Source: Felis catus
Lineage: Eukaryota
Assembly (NCBI RefSeq): GCF_018350175.1
Contig: NC_058368.1
Location: 143,470,001-143,534,000, forward strand
DNA: 64,000 nucleotides
Direction of reading: 5' to 3'
Positions 31,501 to 46,616 of the stretch are shown here, piece by piece. A program made the translations under genes and the position numbers. Position 1 is the first letter of the stretch. Each line of letters opens with the position of its first letter. Below the pieces are notes generated by a model. It was not told the origin of the DNA and made no database searches. It saw nothing but the letters and a program-made list of their open reading frames with translations.

Positions 31501-34500
31501 TCCAAAAATTGATACAGAGGTCACTGTTGGGGAGTAAATGGGATCAAAGGTTCCTTCTTTTTGATGTGGTGTGTTTGGGTGAGGATGGGCAACTTATCTG
31601 TGTAGATATTCAATAAAGTTCTGTTAAATGAATGAATGAGTGAATGAATGAGGGGAGTAGCCAGCCTCCTTCTGGCCTTGCCACCGTCAGGTCATCTAGC
31701 TGGCTAGAGTCTCTGGTACAGTAGAGAGGGAAGACTAAAGCGAATTGAGAACTAAATGAGTTCATGTCTCTTTCTCACCTTCAATTTCTGAAGAGACAGA
31801 TAGCCTTAAAGGCTCTGGTCTGGAGTAGGAAGAGAATTTGAAAGGAAATGAAAAGAATGGAGAAAAGGATGAGTAACATGAACGTACACACACACAGGGA
31901 GAGCATTGATTACCGTTTAGACTGGGGAATCTGATTTTTGTTGCCAGAACAGAGGGACCTGCATCTTCAGACCTGCATTCATTCTCCCAGTATGATGGCC
32001 TCTAAATGTTCCAATTTAAGACCAAAGGTGCTGGGCGAACTCTTACAGTGAGTGTTTGAATGGAGTGAGCCTACTGAGCCCCCAAGTTCCATGACGTGGT
32101 ATCTGAAATAGCCAAGCAATTGCCTCCATTCCATAATCCTCACAGAAAACACATTTGCATATTTTTGTGTGTGGGCATCATGGCTGGGTCCCAGCAGTCG
32201 GCCCCTGTTGGGATTGGGCGGTGGGCGGGAGTGACAATCCCCGGCTTGTGTGTGGGGGCTGAGGGAGCTCCTACTCACCCTTTCCTGTTTTTCTTTGAAT
32301 GCTCTCCTCAGGTTGGGTGGGCTCAAAACACTTTCAAAAATTTTCCACCGCTCGGCTGTTTCCTCAGCTGTTCTGTCTCTCCTGTGTGGAGAGAAGTCAG
32401 CAGAACTGTGGGTGGAGGAGGGAAAACTGAGAGAAATATAGTACAGGGATTAGCTGTGTGGGCTGTGCAGAGAGAAGCTGTGTACTGAATGACAAATCTG
32501 TGAGACTCAATACACCACAAAAGTAGTTGGTAGTGAACTTCCTGCCCCTTCCCCTGCCACCCTGGCTGTGGCTGTAGGGTGGAGAAACCCTCCCTGGGTC
32601 CCCCTCCCCAGAAGCATCCCCAGGGTGAGCTGGGGTCTGGGTGCTGGGCCTGTAAACTCATGTTCCTCCTGCTTCCAGCATTCAGGGCCACACATGGTGG
32701 GGCAGGAACAGAATTGTCTCTCATGGTTGGGTTTTCTAGCTGGGGACAGCTGCCACTCTGTCTGTATAATAAGGACAAATAGGGGCGAGTTTTCTAATGA
32801 ACTTAGTACCTGAATAGGATATGAAGAATCCCAGCATTTCTTTCTTTTTAAAAAAACTTTGTACCAAATTTTCGGCTGGATAGGTGATGACCAATTGTCA
32901 ACAGCAAATGATTTGACCTTCAAATCATTGACTTCCTCCTCCTGGAGGAGGCAGTTATTCCTGCTCCAAGCTTGCTTCACAGGGTGATAGGAGGATCATT
33001 GACATGAACGGACCAAAATTTATTGAGTATTTAAGAGCTAATAGCCAATGTTTACATGGTATTGTTTTCCTGACCCAGGTAATATCTCTCAGCAAGGAGC
33101 ACTTGGGAGAGTGAGTTATGGGATGATTCCCACTCCCTTACCCAGGATTCTTGGCATTTAGCTTTTCCTAAAAGAAATCTTTCTTCCCAAATGAATCTAA
33201 TTAACTTTGATCATTTACAATCCTATACACCTCCTGGTTGTATAGTAAAACCTCAATCAATGAAAACCCAGACTGTTCCTTCCCTTCTACCTTATGTTCT
33301 GTCAATTTCCAAAAGGATTCAAGTTGTTCACTATAAAAGACCTAGACATAATAGAACGACTAGAAACAATCATGTAAGAACAAGAGCCAGATCATGCAGG
33401 GGTGAGGAGAGTGTATCAGAAAGTACAGGTTAAGGACAGTAGCTCAATGGAACATAAAATTTCAATCTGAACTTCCTGGTAGCTAAGGTGAAAACAAGAG
33501 AGGGGGAGACAGTAAGAGGGAGAAAGAGATTACATAACTCGTCTTTTTATAAAAAGGAAGCATAACATTTCACTAAGAGACAATTATATTTCTTGACATT
33601 CAGCTCTAAGATGAATTTTTCATGTAGATCTTTATATAAGGGCTATTGAACAAGATAATAGTGATTGTCTTTAAGAGCAGTTTTACAAAAATTGCAAAAA
33701 CATTGCCGATGTAATCATTTTTTAAACAAGGTCTGAAAATGTAATGTTAAATCACCATTCCAGGCGGGTGGTGCTATAGGGACCTCAAGTAATTGTCTAC
33801 ATATGTGGGCTTAAAGTGGTTAAGGAAAATTTAGAGAATCCAGAGGAATGGATGTTACTAGACTCCTGGGCTTCTCTGCCTGAAATAGAAATGCTATCAT
33901 TCAGGCTTTGGAGGGGAACTGCAGAGAAAACAAAACTCCAGGATCCTTCTGCTGGAATCCTTTGGCTCACTTAGATTTTTGTGAGAAATCTAATTACAGG
34001 AGAGCCTGAGTCCCAAGGTTGGCAGTGTTCAGCCCTCGTGTTCCTACGCTATTATGAATAGTGATGTTTAGTTAACACTGAATCTCATAATGTCCTCATT
34101 TATCAAAAGAAAAATGGTCCTGTTAAAAAATTTTTATTTTACCAAGTTAAAAAAAAATCCATATATAAAGAATTTTCTTCTTAATCCTGATTTAACTAAA
34201 GTTTTTCATCTTAAAACAGAAAGTTCCATGTTTATACAGTTTAGGTTTTTAAAATGGCTTCCAACAGCAAAAGTTAGTTCTTGCATTTAATGTTGCTTAT
34301 GTTCTCATGGATTTTTCTTCTTTTTCCTATTTCTCCCTCTCATCCCGTCTCATCCCACTCTATCTTATGAGTGTGTTTTCCAAACCTAACTGATCATAAA
34401 ATCAACTGGGTTGCTTGTAAAAGCTTAGATTCACAGGCCTCCTTAAGAAATTCCAATTCAGAAGGTCCAATGTGTCCGGGCAGGTCTGGGAAACACTACT

Positions 34501-34979
34501 AGCTGGTCCCCTAGGGCCCAGCCATGTGCTCTGTTCACAGTTCACATGAAATGGTGTTGACTGACTGGCTGAATGTTGGTGCGGCCAACAGGAATGCTAG
34601 CAAGAACCCACTGTGTTTTTAACAAACAATTTGTACTTAGCCATCTGTTGTGCACTGCAGTGACAGCACCATCCGTAGGCTGCTTCCAGGAGTAATGGCA
34701 CTGGATTCCTCCATATTGTTTGTACACATGCCGCCCCCCTCTGCCGGGGAGAAAACATGCTAAGTCTAGGTGTTAGACACGGCAACGCAGAGGCAGTCAC
34801 TCCTCAGTATTACCAGCCCCTCAGGTTCCCTAAAACACACATACACTCCTTTCTTCCATCCCACACAAATTGTTGAATTATTGAATTCCTAGAGAAGCTA
34901 CTATACAAAATTCAAATTAACACGTGTTCTGCAAACGCATTCAACCAACTCCTGAGCTTGTAATCTAGCTCTAAAAGTA

Positions 34980-37430
34980 AATTATTTAATTAATTTTGGA
35001 TAATATCCAAATGGTACAAAATTCAAAAGATACAAAGGGATACAGTGAAAATTAAGGCTCCTTTCTATTTATCTGTCACCTACTCAATTCTTCTCCCTGG
35101 AGGCAACTACTCTTACCTGATTCCTATTTATCCTTTCAGATGTGTGTATACAAACATCTCTATATTTTTGCAACCAATGGTAGCATACTATAGATATTTC
35201 TACCACCCTTGCTTTTCTTATTTAAAAATATTTCTTGGTGAGTATCCTGTACCAATAGATATGGAACTGTCTCAATTTTAAGAACAATTCCATTATGTTC
35301 TGGTTTAAGAATATAATTTAATTTATTTAACCAATGGAAAGGTACTTAAGTTGTTTCCATTTTCTTGCTATCACAAACAATGCTGCAGAAAAAACCTTAT
35401 CATATATCATTTCACACATGTACCAGAATATCTGTAATTCCTAGAAATACAATGACTGGGGTACCTGGGTGGCTCAGTTGGTTAAGCATCCAACTCTTGA
35501 TTTCACTCAAGTCATAAGCTCATGGTTTGTGAGATTGAGCCCCACATGGGTCTCTGTGCTGACAGCATGGAGCCTGCTTGGAATTCTCTCTCTCCTTCTC
35601 TCTCTGACCCTCCCCTGCATGGGTACACACACTCTCGCTCTCTCTTTCTCTCAAAATAAATAAACATTGAAAAAATTCTTTAGAAATAGAATGACTGGAT
35701 AGAGGTTTTACATTTTGGGTTTTGATAGATATTACCAAACTGTTTACGTAGAGGTTGTGGCTGTTACACACAGGCTAGAAGCATACAAAAAGAGTGCTTT
35801 GTTCTTCATATCCTAGCCTGCATAGGGTATGATAAAACTTTTGATCTTTGACAACTTGATAGGTAGAAGATAGAATCTTATTATAGTTTCAGTGTGCATT
35901 ACTATTAATAGGTTGAACATCATTTCATATGTTTCGGAGCCATGTACTTTCTTTCCTGTGAACTATTCATTTCCTTTACCTATTTTTTTTTTCCTGTTGG
36001 ACTATAGTTTTTTCCTTATTGATTTGTAGAAGTTCTTTGGTTTTTAAAGAACATTAGTACTCATCTACAACATGGGTTGCTAATTTCTTTTGAAGGTTTT
36101 TTGCCATGCATTATTTTTAAATTGATTTGTAATTGATATTCAATATTATATTAGGTTCAGGCATATGACATAGTGATTTAATACGTATCTACCTTATGAA
36201 GTGATCACAATAAATGTAGCTATCATCTTTTAGCATACAAAGTTATTACATACTATTAACATACTATTAACTGTACTAACATACAGTATTCCCAATACTG
36301 TACCTTGTATCCTCATATTTTATAAGTAGAAGTTTGTATCTTTTAATCCCCTTCTCCTATATCACCCATCCTCCCACCCCTCTCCCCTCTGGCAACCACC
36401 AGATGGTTCTCTGTATTTATGAGTCTGTTTCTGTTTTGTTTGCTCATTTTTCTTTGGATTCCACATATAAGTGAAATCATATGGTATTTGTCTTTGTCTG
36501 ACTTAGCATTGTTTCACTTAGCATTATATACTCTAGGTCCATCCATGTTGTTACAAATGGCAAGATTTTGTTCTTTTTTATAGCTGAGTATTATTCCATT
36601 GTGAGCTAGGTCTGTAGGCCTAGATATAGAAATATCTCACATCCTCTTTAATCCATTGATGGACCCTTAGGTTGTTTCCATTTCTTGGCTATTGTAAATA
36701 ACGTTGCAGTGAACATGGGGATGCAGGTGTCTTTTTAAGTTAGTGTTTTCATATTCTTTGGATAAATACCCAGCAGTGAAATTGCTAGATGATATGGTTG
36801 CTCTGTTTTTAATTTTTTGAGGACCCTCCATACTGTCTTCCACAGTGGCTGCACCATTTTGCATTCCCACCAACAGTACACAAGGGTTCCCTTTTCTCCA
36901 CATTCTTGCCAATGGTTGTTACTTCTTATCTTTTTGATAATAGCTATTCTAATAGGTGTGAGGTGCCATCTATTGTGGTTTTGACTGATGTCTCTGTGGT
37001 GATGAATCATGTTGCATTTGCCATGTATACCTTTTGATATTATTTTAGTTGAATTTATCAATCTCCTTTTAAAATAGCTTTTAGTTTTTGTCTCCTATTT
37101 AAAAATCCTCTCTCTTATGTTTTTTTTAGTATCCAGTGATTTCATTTTTAAAAACTAGATCTTTTATTATCTGAAATTTATTTCAGTAGCAAGTGTGAAA
37201 TTAGTAATCCAACTTTATTTTTTCAGTATGACTATCCAGCTGTCCGAGGAAGAAAACCCATCATTTGACCTTCTGATTTGAAATACTTCCATTATTATCT
37301 ACTTAAGAGCCTGTGTTTGGCTCCATTCCTGACCTTTATAATCTGTCACGTGTTCTATTGATCCATCTGTTTATGTCCCAGTGCCATGCAGTTTTCATTA
37401 CCTTAGCTTTGTAATTTAGAACTCTTGGTA
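34980..37430 (-). mobile_element. Ancient L1 (L1M-type) remnant interrupted by a CanSINE and by a younger L1 at ~36120-37030
   Basis: Minus-strand translations ARMWRKGNPCVLLVGMQNGAATVEDSMEGPQKIK and CWWECKMVQPLWKTVWRVLKKLK are L1 ORF2 C-terminal text; the flanks are degenerate L1-like sequence. Confidence 0.75.
35458..35680 (+). mobile_element. CanSINE inserted in an old L1 fragment
   Basis: TSD tagaaata(c/g)aatgact. Confidence 0.9.
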
Positions 37431-38384
37431 GGTTAGGTTGCCCCTGCATGACTTCTTTTTTTAACCTCATGTCCACGTCTTCAACTTATAGGAATGCTTT
37501 TAGTATTTTCTCATCGAGCATTAGGTCCCTAATGGTTTTTTACTTCATGAAGACCCTTTTCAATTCCCACGTAAAATGATTCTTGCCCCATTGTCTGTAT
37601 GGTAGGTTGTGTCAAACTTTAGACTGCCTTGTGAAAGGTCTCAAGCTACAAAGGCCTTCCTTATATTGGGCGGACATTGGCTCCCAGTGGCTTCCACTCA
37701 TTTGCCTTCTGAAACAACAGAAGGGGGGAACAGTCTCATTTACCGTAGCCTTTTGGACTTCTGTGGGTCTCCTTGAAAGTTTCTCTCTGAGTTACAGCAC
37801 TGGAGTTTAACAAATGTCATTTGTTCTACCAGTGGAGAGATGAGCAGCTGAAAGTCTTTCAAAGACCTGCTGAGCACAGAAAGGTGGGATTGTACTCCTC
37901 GGCATGCTTTTGCTCCACCAGCAATCTGCTAATTGCTGATGCATCAGGGTTTCTAGATGCTTCCTTGCCCTCACATTCCTGAAAATTGCACATAGAGAGC
38001 TGTCCCCTACACTGCAGTATGGCTCTTGTAGGGAGAATTCCACACTTATGACCCAAAGTGAGGCCATCTGACTCACATTTCTTACTGTCTTTTGAATTTT
38101 ACTCTTGGCTTTAGACTTCTCACATAGATCAGTCATAGTACTGATGAGGCTAACATCCCTCTTACCTAAGCACCAACAACTTGCTGTGGTTCCATCTGTT
38201 GTGTAATCACTTACCTCAGTTTGGATATTCTGTGAATCTGGGTCCTACTGCAAACTACACTTTGAATAAGTCATGTGGGTTCGGTTGCAGTGATGATGTT
38301 TTTGTTTCTGCAATTAAAAAAATTATCATCTGTGGAAGAGTGCCACTCTTCAGATTTCAAATTCCAAAATTTTAAGTCTTTATT

Positions 38385-38557
38385 GGGTGGGGCCCTGGGT
38401 GGTTCAGTCGGTTAAGCGCCCTACTTCTGCTTGGGTCATGATCATGTGGTTCGTGAGTTTGAGCCCTGTGTCAGGCTCTGTGCTGACAGCTTGGAGCCGG
38501 GAGCCTGCTTCAGATTCTGTGTCTCCCTCTCTCTGCCGCTCCCCTGCTCACACTCTG

Positions 38558-38593
<36 letters not shown>

Positions 38594-38612
38594 AAAAATA
38601 AGCATTAAAAAA
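38385..38612 (+). mobile_element. CanSINE
   Basis: CCTGGGTGGTTCAGTCGGTTAAGC head, (CT)n and A tail. Confidence 0.9.
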
Positions 38613-40426
38613 AAGTTTTTATTTGGCTACAAAGCAAGGAAAGCTAATATGAGGAATTTTATGGCATTCAAGTGATGAGGTCAGACAAGCAAAAAGACAT
38701 GGAGATAAACCATTTGTATGTGAGATTTTTTGCTTTGTTCTTGGTGCTGGAGCATAAGATGACAACTTGTCACCAATAAAACTCTATGACATTTCACATC
38801 ATTTTCGTGCTCATGCCTAGTGCTTTTATTTCACAGATGCAATGAGGGCATCGTGCATATCTATCAACTCTGCATGGCTTGTTCACATACTGAAAGCAGG
38901 ATCTGATCCCATATTCTGACTTCAATACCGTGTAGACCTTTATTCTTGAAATGAGTGGTGAGACATAGGATGCAGTTGATTATATATATGGAATTCTTTC
39001 CTTGACAAACTTCCTAAAACTTCAAGGCAAACACTTCCCCCAAATCAGTATTTTTGGTATTTAACAATCTCATTGTTATGAAATGAAGCCAGCATGTTTT
39101 GTCCCTTCTCTGAAACTAAAATTTCCTCACCTAGTCTTGCTAAATGCACCTCAGGCTTCAGGGTAACGGGGTCTGGGCACACAAGTGATTGACAGACATT
39201 TATTTCATGAGTGAATGAAGTTAATTCAGTACAGGCCCAAGTATGCTTACTGAGACAATAATTTTACAGCTTATTATAATTAGCATACATTTAAAACATC
39301 TCTTTAGTCATCAAATCAAATAAGATAAGCAATACATCCACCCCAGAATAATATGCTTGATATTAGTCAGGAATTACATTCTTAATCATAGGACGTGGGT
39401 TTTCATTAACTAACTGAAGCATAATTAGTTGTCTGTGAACATGTGGCTCATTGATCCCCTGTGCATCTAAAGATAGTGCTTGTGGAGGGCTGGGTCAGGT
39501 GGTAGGTTCTGAAATAACCACCAATAACATCTGAGCAGTCTCCAGCGGTCTCTTCCAGACAGGGCACTAAATAGCATATACACAAATAGACCCAGTCTGC
39601 TCCCCTCCTCTGTCCCCTTCTTTCTGAGGAAGACGGGGTGTTTTTTCACTTTTAGCCGTGGTGGGGGAGGGCATTGTTACTTTGTACATATTTCCTGCTT
39701 TTGAAAACTTTTTGATTAGTTTGTTTTTGAATCAATGATGCTTTTTCCTTCTTCTGATTCTCCATGGTGTTCTCTAAGGCAGGTACTGAGAAGTGAAATA
39801 AATCAACAGAAGTAGAAGTGACCTGAAAAAAATCTTTGATTCAAACACTTTTGTAGTACATTTGTTGATAACAAACACAAAGAAAAACAAAAACAAACAA
39901 GCAAACGGATTAAAAAAACAAACAAACAAAAAAAAACCCTTCTTCTGAGAATGAGCAGGAAGGGTATTGTACTATTGTTTTCACTGACCATTATCCAAAG
40001 GCAAGATCTCCAGGGAACAGAGCCTGGCATTAGGGCTCAGATTAGGAATTCCTTAGTAAGAAGCCTAACTTGTAACTCTCTCCAAAGCCTCTCCAAATAG
40101 AGGCTGAAAAAAAAGAGCAGTTGTGTAATTTACTTGTATACATGCTCTGGGTCATGCTATCAAGCAGTTCAAGAGAATAGAAAAGAGGCACAAACTACTT
40201 CAGCTCCCCAGCAAGTTCTGAGAGCTCTCTGTTCAAATCCAGCAAGTCTGTATGTGTTTAAATGGTTGGGCTGTTGTAAGCCTGTTGCCACTTAGATACC
40301 ACTACCAGCCTTTTATCTTAATCTACACGGGAGATTTAGAAACAGAAACTTTGGGGATTTTATTTGGCAATTAGAACTTGCTTTTCTTGCTTGGACTAAA
40401 CTTGCTTTACAAGATATTGTCTTCTA

Positions 40427-40551
40427 GGGGCGCCTAGGCTACTCAGTCGGTTAAGTGTCTGACTCTTGATACCAGCTCAGGTCATGATCCCAGGGTTGTG
40501 AGACCAAGCCTCGCATCGGGCTCTAAGCTGACAGTGAGGAGCCTGCTTTGG

Positions 40552-40591
<40 letters not shown>

Positions 40592-40653
40592 CCTTCCCTG
40601 CTTACTCTCTCTCTCTCTCTCTCTCAAAATAAATAAACTTAAATATTTTTTAA
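40427..40653 (+). mobile_element. CanSINE
   Basis: GGGGCGCCTAGGCTACTCAGTCGG head; TSD aagatattgt(c/a)ttct. Confidence 0.9.
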
Positions 40654-41145
40654 AAGATATTGTATTCTTTAGGGCTCTTCTGTTTCTATAACTTGACTGG
40701 CTTTTGTATGATGGCCATGTACAAAATCATCACTCACCTTAAGTTTTCCACTATGCTGGATCTGCTAATTAGATATTAGGATCTGTGGTATTATAGATTG
40801 GCTTAACATCATCTTAATCCAGAAATGCCCTCTTAGGCAGAAATTGATAAAGTAATATATTCTTGCAGACTCATTAACCACAAAATTAGTCTGTTTTCTG
40901 AATTTTAAAAAAAAGTCTGGTTCATTTCAGGAGCATTCTGGAAGGCATATATTGGACAAAGTTGACAAAGGTAGAAGTGATTTGATTAAGTAATCTTTGT
41001 GGACCATAAACATTTTGTAGAATCGGGCTTGCTAACTCGGTGGTCACCAAAAGGGAAAAATAAGTTATTTGTTGTTAATAAAAAATGTTCATTCACTCCA
41101 GGATTGAAATATGATGAGTTGTTTAGCGTGTGACCCGGTATTTAA

Positions 41146-41484
<339 letters not shown>

Positions 41485-42469
41485 TAAGAAGTTCTCAACT
41501 TGGCTACCCATTAGCCATCAGTCAGGGTACTTAAAAAAGACCGATATTGGGGCCCCACTCATGGAGACTCTGATCTGATTGATCTGGAGATGCATATGGG
41601 CTCTGACATGTGTTTTTAATCCCCCCAGATGATTCTTGTTTGGCTCTCAATGTGCTATAATTAGTGGGCATGTTTTGAGTGTGTGTTAGGGACAGTGGGA
41701 TGGGGATATTCTTATTTTATTACACTGTAAACTCTATGAGCAAGCTTCCAGTCTCATTCTTCTGTTTATTTCTGGTGCCTAGCACATAGTTTGTGCCAAT
41801 TAATGTTTGTTGAATAAATGAGTGAATAACTCAAGGAAGTGATAAAGCTGTTCAATGACATTTTGGAGAAAATAGCCAAATGATGCCCATAAAAAAGTAC
41901 TTGGCCGTTCTCAATTATTGTGAAAAGTGAGAGATGCAAAGGTGATCATTTTCTTATCTTACCCTCGACCCAAAGATGGCAGAAGATTGAGGGCGGTACA
42001 TCAAGTGATTTGCTTAACCAGCAAAAACTTGTGCACATGCCTTGTTTGTGATGTGGTCAGGGCCAGCCTGATGTTTACAGGAGAGGACATGAGGGCTGCC
42101 TTCCCAGAAATATTTCCCCTCCAGTCCTAATATGGTGCCTGGATCTTCCACTGTTAGAACCACTCCCTCGGCTGACACCAGTGCATCTTCAGACTTTCAC
42201 GTGCGCGTGAATCTCCCGAGGAGCCTGAGAAAGTGCAGATTTTGGTTCAGGAGGTCAGGACGGGCCTGAGCTTCTGCATTTCTAGCCAGTTTCCAGGTGA
42301 TGTCGCTGGCCAGAGGAGCACAGTTGGCATAGCAGAGGGAGCTCGACTATTCGAGGCGCACCGCAGCACCAGGTGCAGGCACGTGGTCATTAGCACTCAC
42401 CCAGGCCTTGTTTGTCACGGATGAGATTTCCAGCTTGTGGATCTGAAGACACTGAGCAGGGCATTTTGA

Positions 42470-42673
<204 letters not shown>

Positions 42674-44746
42674 TAAGTTGAGTGTTCTGAGAGGGGTGTC
42701 GCCCCGGTGTGGCCTTGCCTGTGCATGTTCTTGGTTTAATGGACATACCTGGGAGTATAGTATCGAATATCATCACGAGCACACCCATACGGTTCGGGTA
42801 CGGCTCATCACTAGGGAGAAAGTGCCAGTAGTTCCTAAGTTGGAGTAAGTGTCAGTATTTGTATTGCAAACACAAGCACAGATGGTTTTGCTTAAAACAG
42901 AGGCTGTTTTCAGGTACCATCACTGATTTAATGAAAAAAAGAGTCTAGGCTAAATTCTTCTGTTATTTTCAATAGCAGACCAGGTTTTGAAGAGAGGAGA
43001 ATGACATTTTGTTGAGTTTCTGCTTCTGGCCACAGGGAGGACTTTCAGAGTTTCAGACTTTCTTGTCCCTCCCCACCCAGGAGCTCCCAGAAAAAGGAGT
43101 ACTAAAGAGCCAAAAGCCGAGGGCCCCATGGGGAGACTGATCTGCAATTTGCTTGTAATCTCTCACGGTCATTGTGAGGGGCAAATGGTCAAATGGGAGA
43201 AAGTATGTGAAGGCTTTTGAAAAGTGTAAAACATGTGAGACACAGGCAGCTGTTGGCATGGATGTGCCTCCCACATGGCTGCCGGCAAGCCCTCAGTCCC
43301 TCACTGTGGCTGCCAGCAATGTCCTGTGTGGTTTTCCCTTCTAGTTGCTATTCACCGTATTCACTACGGCGCATGGCCCAGCTCAAGTGCTAGCTGCTCC
43401 TGGAAGTCTTCTCTGGGCCCCAGCGCCCTTTGATCTTACCTGTGAAAAGGTCTGAGCGCAGGTGGATTGTTTGTTAGCCACTCTGTCTTGAGTAATCCTC
43501 AAGGAGCAGCCCTGTATTCTGCATCTTTGAATTCCCAGAATCTAGCATGGGGTCTGGAATGTTGTAGGTGCTAAAAAACATACAAGTAAGTGAATTCAGA
43601 GGAAAAAAAGATTTAAGAAATAGATTGGGCTTTTCTTTTTCTGATTTTTCAAAAAATCAAAAAGAAACGAAATAGACTGGAAGTTGGTTAGAGTTCATAG
43701 ATGGTAACTGATGGTAACTGTAATGTATTTCATAGACCTTTATTTATTATTAACCTGAAAATTAGCTCATAAATATCAGGCAGCCAGGCTTTGCTCAGAG
43801 AGCAAGGGCCTGTCAGTATCCACCTCTTTGAAAGGAGGTTGTTGGGTAAAGACACGAGAAAGTGAAATACATTCCTTTGCATTAATCATTTTCTCATCTG
43901 TTAAAAAGGAGAGGGTGCTGACTGAATATTAACACTGCTTAAATTAAAAATGCTTCCTTGCTGTCTCAGCCATTTCAAAGCAGGATTGAGTACTTCATGC
44001 AAACAAGGTCACCCATCAGCAGTTGAAAGTGCTTGGGTTCATTTCACAGTGCCTGTTACAAAAATAGCTAAGGTGAGACAAAAGGAGACCTTTCAACAAC
44101 CTCTCAGGTGCCCCTACTACAATCCAAAGAGGCCAGAGTCCCAAAGACTGTTGACCACAGCTTCTACAAAACACACTCATCACTCCTGATCAGTTCTACA
44201 CTCTGCTCTGGCCTCACCAGCTGTCTTGCCGTTTAAGAGCTGCACCTCATTTGGTCTCTGTGCCCAGTAAGGTCAGCAAACACCAGAACTCATTGTTAAA
44301 GAAGATTTTGGAGACTCCTCCCCTACCTCCTCCTACTTTTCTTCGTCTTCTCTTGATGTTTTGGAAAAAAACTTTGCAAGTTATGTTCTTTTGGACCTCC
44401 CCACCTTCCTCCCTTGTATTTCCTCACTCTCCCTGAAAACAGAGATGGTGCCATGTCTTTTTTTCCCCTGCCATTATTCTAATTATTTCCTGGCTCTTAG
44501 CTTCTTCAAGAGATGCAGTATACTATATATGCATGGTGTATGTGGCAGCAGAAATATGTTGAATGCGTGTTGAAAATTTGTGCAGTTCTGTGGCAATGAG
44601 CTGAAAGTTGGGGGCACAATGGACAACAAATGTCTCTAGTCAAATTCCAGCAGTTTCCAAGGATAGAATCCTGCCTAAACTGTGTGTAACTGTGTGAATG
44701 TGGATGTTTAGGAGATCAAAGCTGGTGATACCTGTGCTAGGCTTAA

Positions 44747-44941
<195 letters not shown>

Positions 44942-45456
44942 TAAGCTGGAGCCTTGCTTCCCTTCTTGGTCAAAGTGTCATGAGTTAATGTGTAGGCAGA
45001 GGTCTCTGAGGCACCTAACAAATAGTATCCTACTTCCCTGTCCAAGTCTGAGCCGACAAAGAAAGAAAACAAAAGAGTCAAACATATGAAGACTAAACTG
45101 TTAGTCTGATTACTGAGGAAGCCAACTTTAGTGAATGTGATTCACACCTGAGGGAAAGGAGATTTCTTACATTGAACCCTATTAATAGATTTCACCCAGC
45201 CATGCCACCTTCCCCACCCTGCATGGCAGAGTTCGTCCCTGGAGAAACAAAAAAGGAAGTATGTTTCATCCATCAGCTCATTCTCCAAAGATAGTGAGGA
45301 GAGACCTCTATGCCACGCATGGCCAATTTCTCCTTCTAAACTCACCTGAGGGTGGAGGAGGTGACAAGGGTAGTACTAAAAAGCTTCCTCTCCAGAGAAA
45401 TCAACAGGAGTGAGAAAAGAAGTGAGTCCCCGATACCCCTCTCATTGGTCCATATC

Positions 45457-45682
45457 AGGAATTGGTAAATTATAGCCTATAGGTCAAATAGGACCACTGC
45501 CTGTTTTTGTAAAATTTTACTGATAGTATTATTGGAATACAGTCATTCTCATTGGTTTACATATTGTCTGTGGCTACTTTTGCATGTCAGTGGCAGAGCT
45601 GACTAGTCATAACAGCAACCAGTGACCCCCAAAGCCTAAAATATTTAGTATGTGGCCCTTTACAGAAAAAGTTTGCTAACTG
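45457..45682. mobile_element. MER58-like hAT MITE
   Basis: CCACTGCCTGTTTTTGTAAA...GGCCCTTTACAGAAAAAGTTTGC. Confidence 0.75.
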
Positions 45683-46382
45683 TATTAGTTGTAGTTTTGT
45701 TTGGTTGGTTACTATGTAAACACCATAACCTGTGTTAGTCTCAGAGAGATGAGGCAAGCATGGAATGATCTGAATATGCTCACAGGGTGGTCTTTATTAG
45801 AAACCTGACTTTAGTCCTGGCCCCATCCTTGATTAGCCTCCTGTGGGCTACTCACCAGGAGTCAGTGAACCCTTTGAGCATACCTAATAGACTTCATCTA
45901 TCTTGTCAAGGGACAGGGATGCTACATTTTTGGGTTGTGAGGATCACATGAAGTCAGGTACAGGGGAGAGTCTTGAAATTGTAAAGTATCAGGAAAATGT
46001 GAGGCATTATTCAAATGTAATGCTTTAAAAAGGAAGCCTTCAGAGCTCACAAGTTCCCAGAAAAAGGCCCACAGATTGGGATTTTGCATATCTCTGGCTG
46101 CACATTCCTCCCTGTATCCTATTTGACAGAGTTTGATTTTCTGACATGGTTCATAAGGACACTATCTCCAAGAGCTATTTAAAGTCACATTTCATCAAGT
46201 CAGAGCAATTATGATAATTGATGTTCATTGCTGTGCAATGCTTAAGGGCCTAGCCCCTGCCTGGAGTTTAAAATCTCTCAAACCCAGAAATTATAATGAG
46301 TAGATTTAGAGCTGGAACCAGATATTGATTTCATGAACCAGATATTGATTTCGTGAAAATTTCCTTAGGCACTTGAATCTTT

Positions 46383-46616
46383 TTATTTATTTATTTTTTA
46401 ACATTTTGAAAAAAGTTTATTTATTTTGAAAGAGAGAGAGAGAGAGAACATGAGCTAGGGAGGGGCACAGAGGGAGAGAGAGAGAGAGATCTCAAGCAGG
46501 CTCTGCAGGGTCAGCATGGGCCTGATGCAGGGCTTGAACTTAACTAATTGTGAAATCATGACCTGAGCTGAAATCAAGAGTCAGATGCTTCACTAACTGA
46601 GCCACCCAGGCGCCCC
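46383..46616 (-). mobile_element. CanSINE
   Basis: TSD cacttgaatcttt at 46370-46382 and 46619-46631. Confidence 0.92.

Noticed and set aside
31979..32980. Cluster of overlapping 115-157-aa ORFs in intron 9
   Set aside because: GC-richer patch with fewer stop codons; no domain similarity or consistent exon structure that I can see
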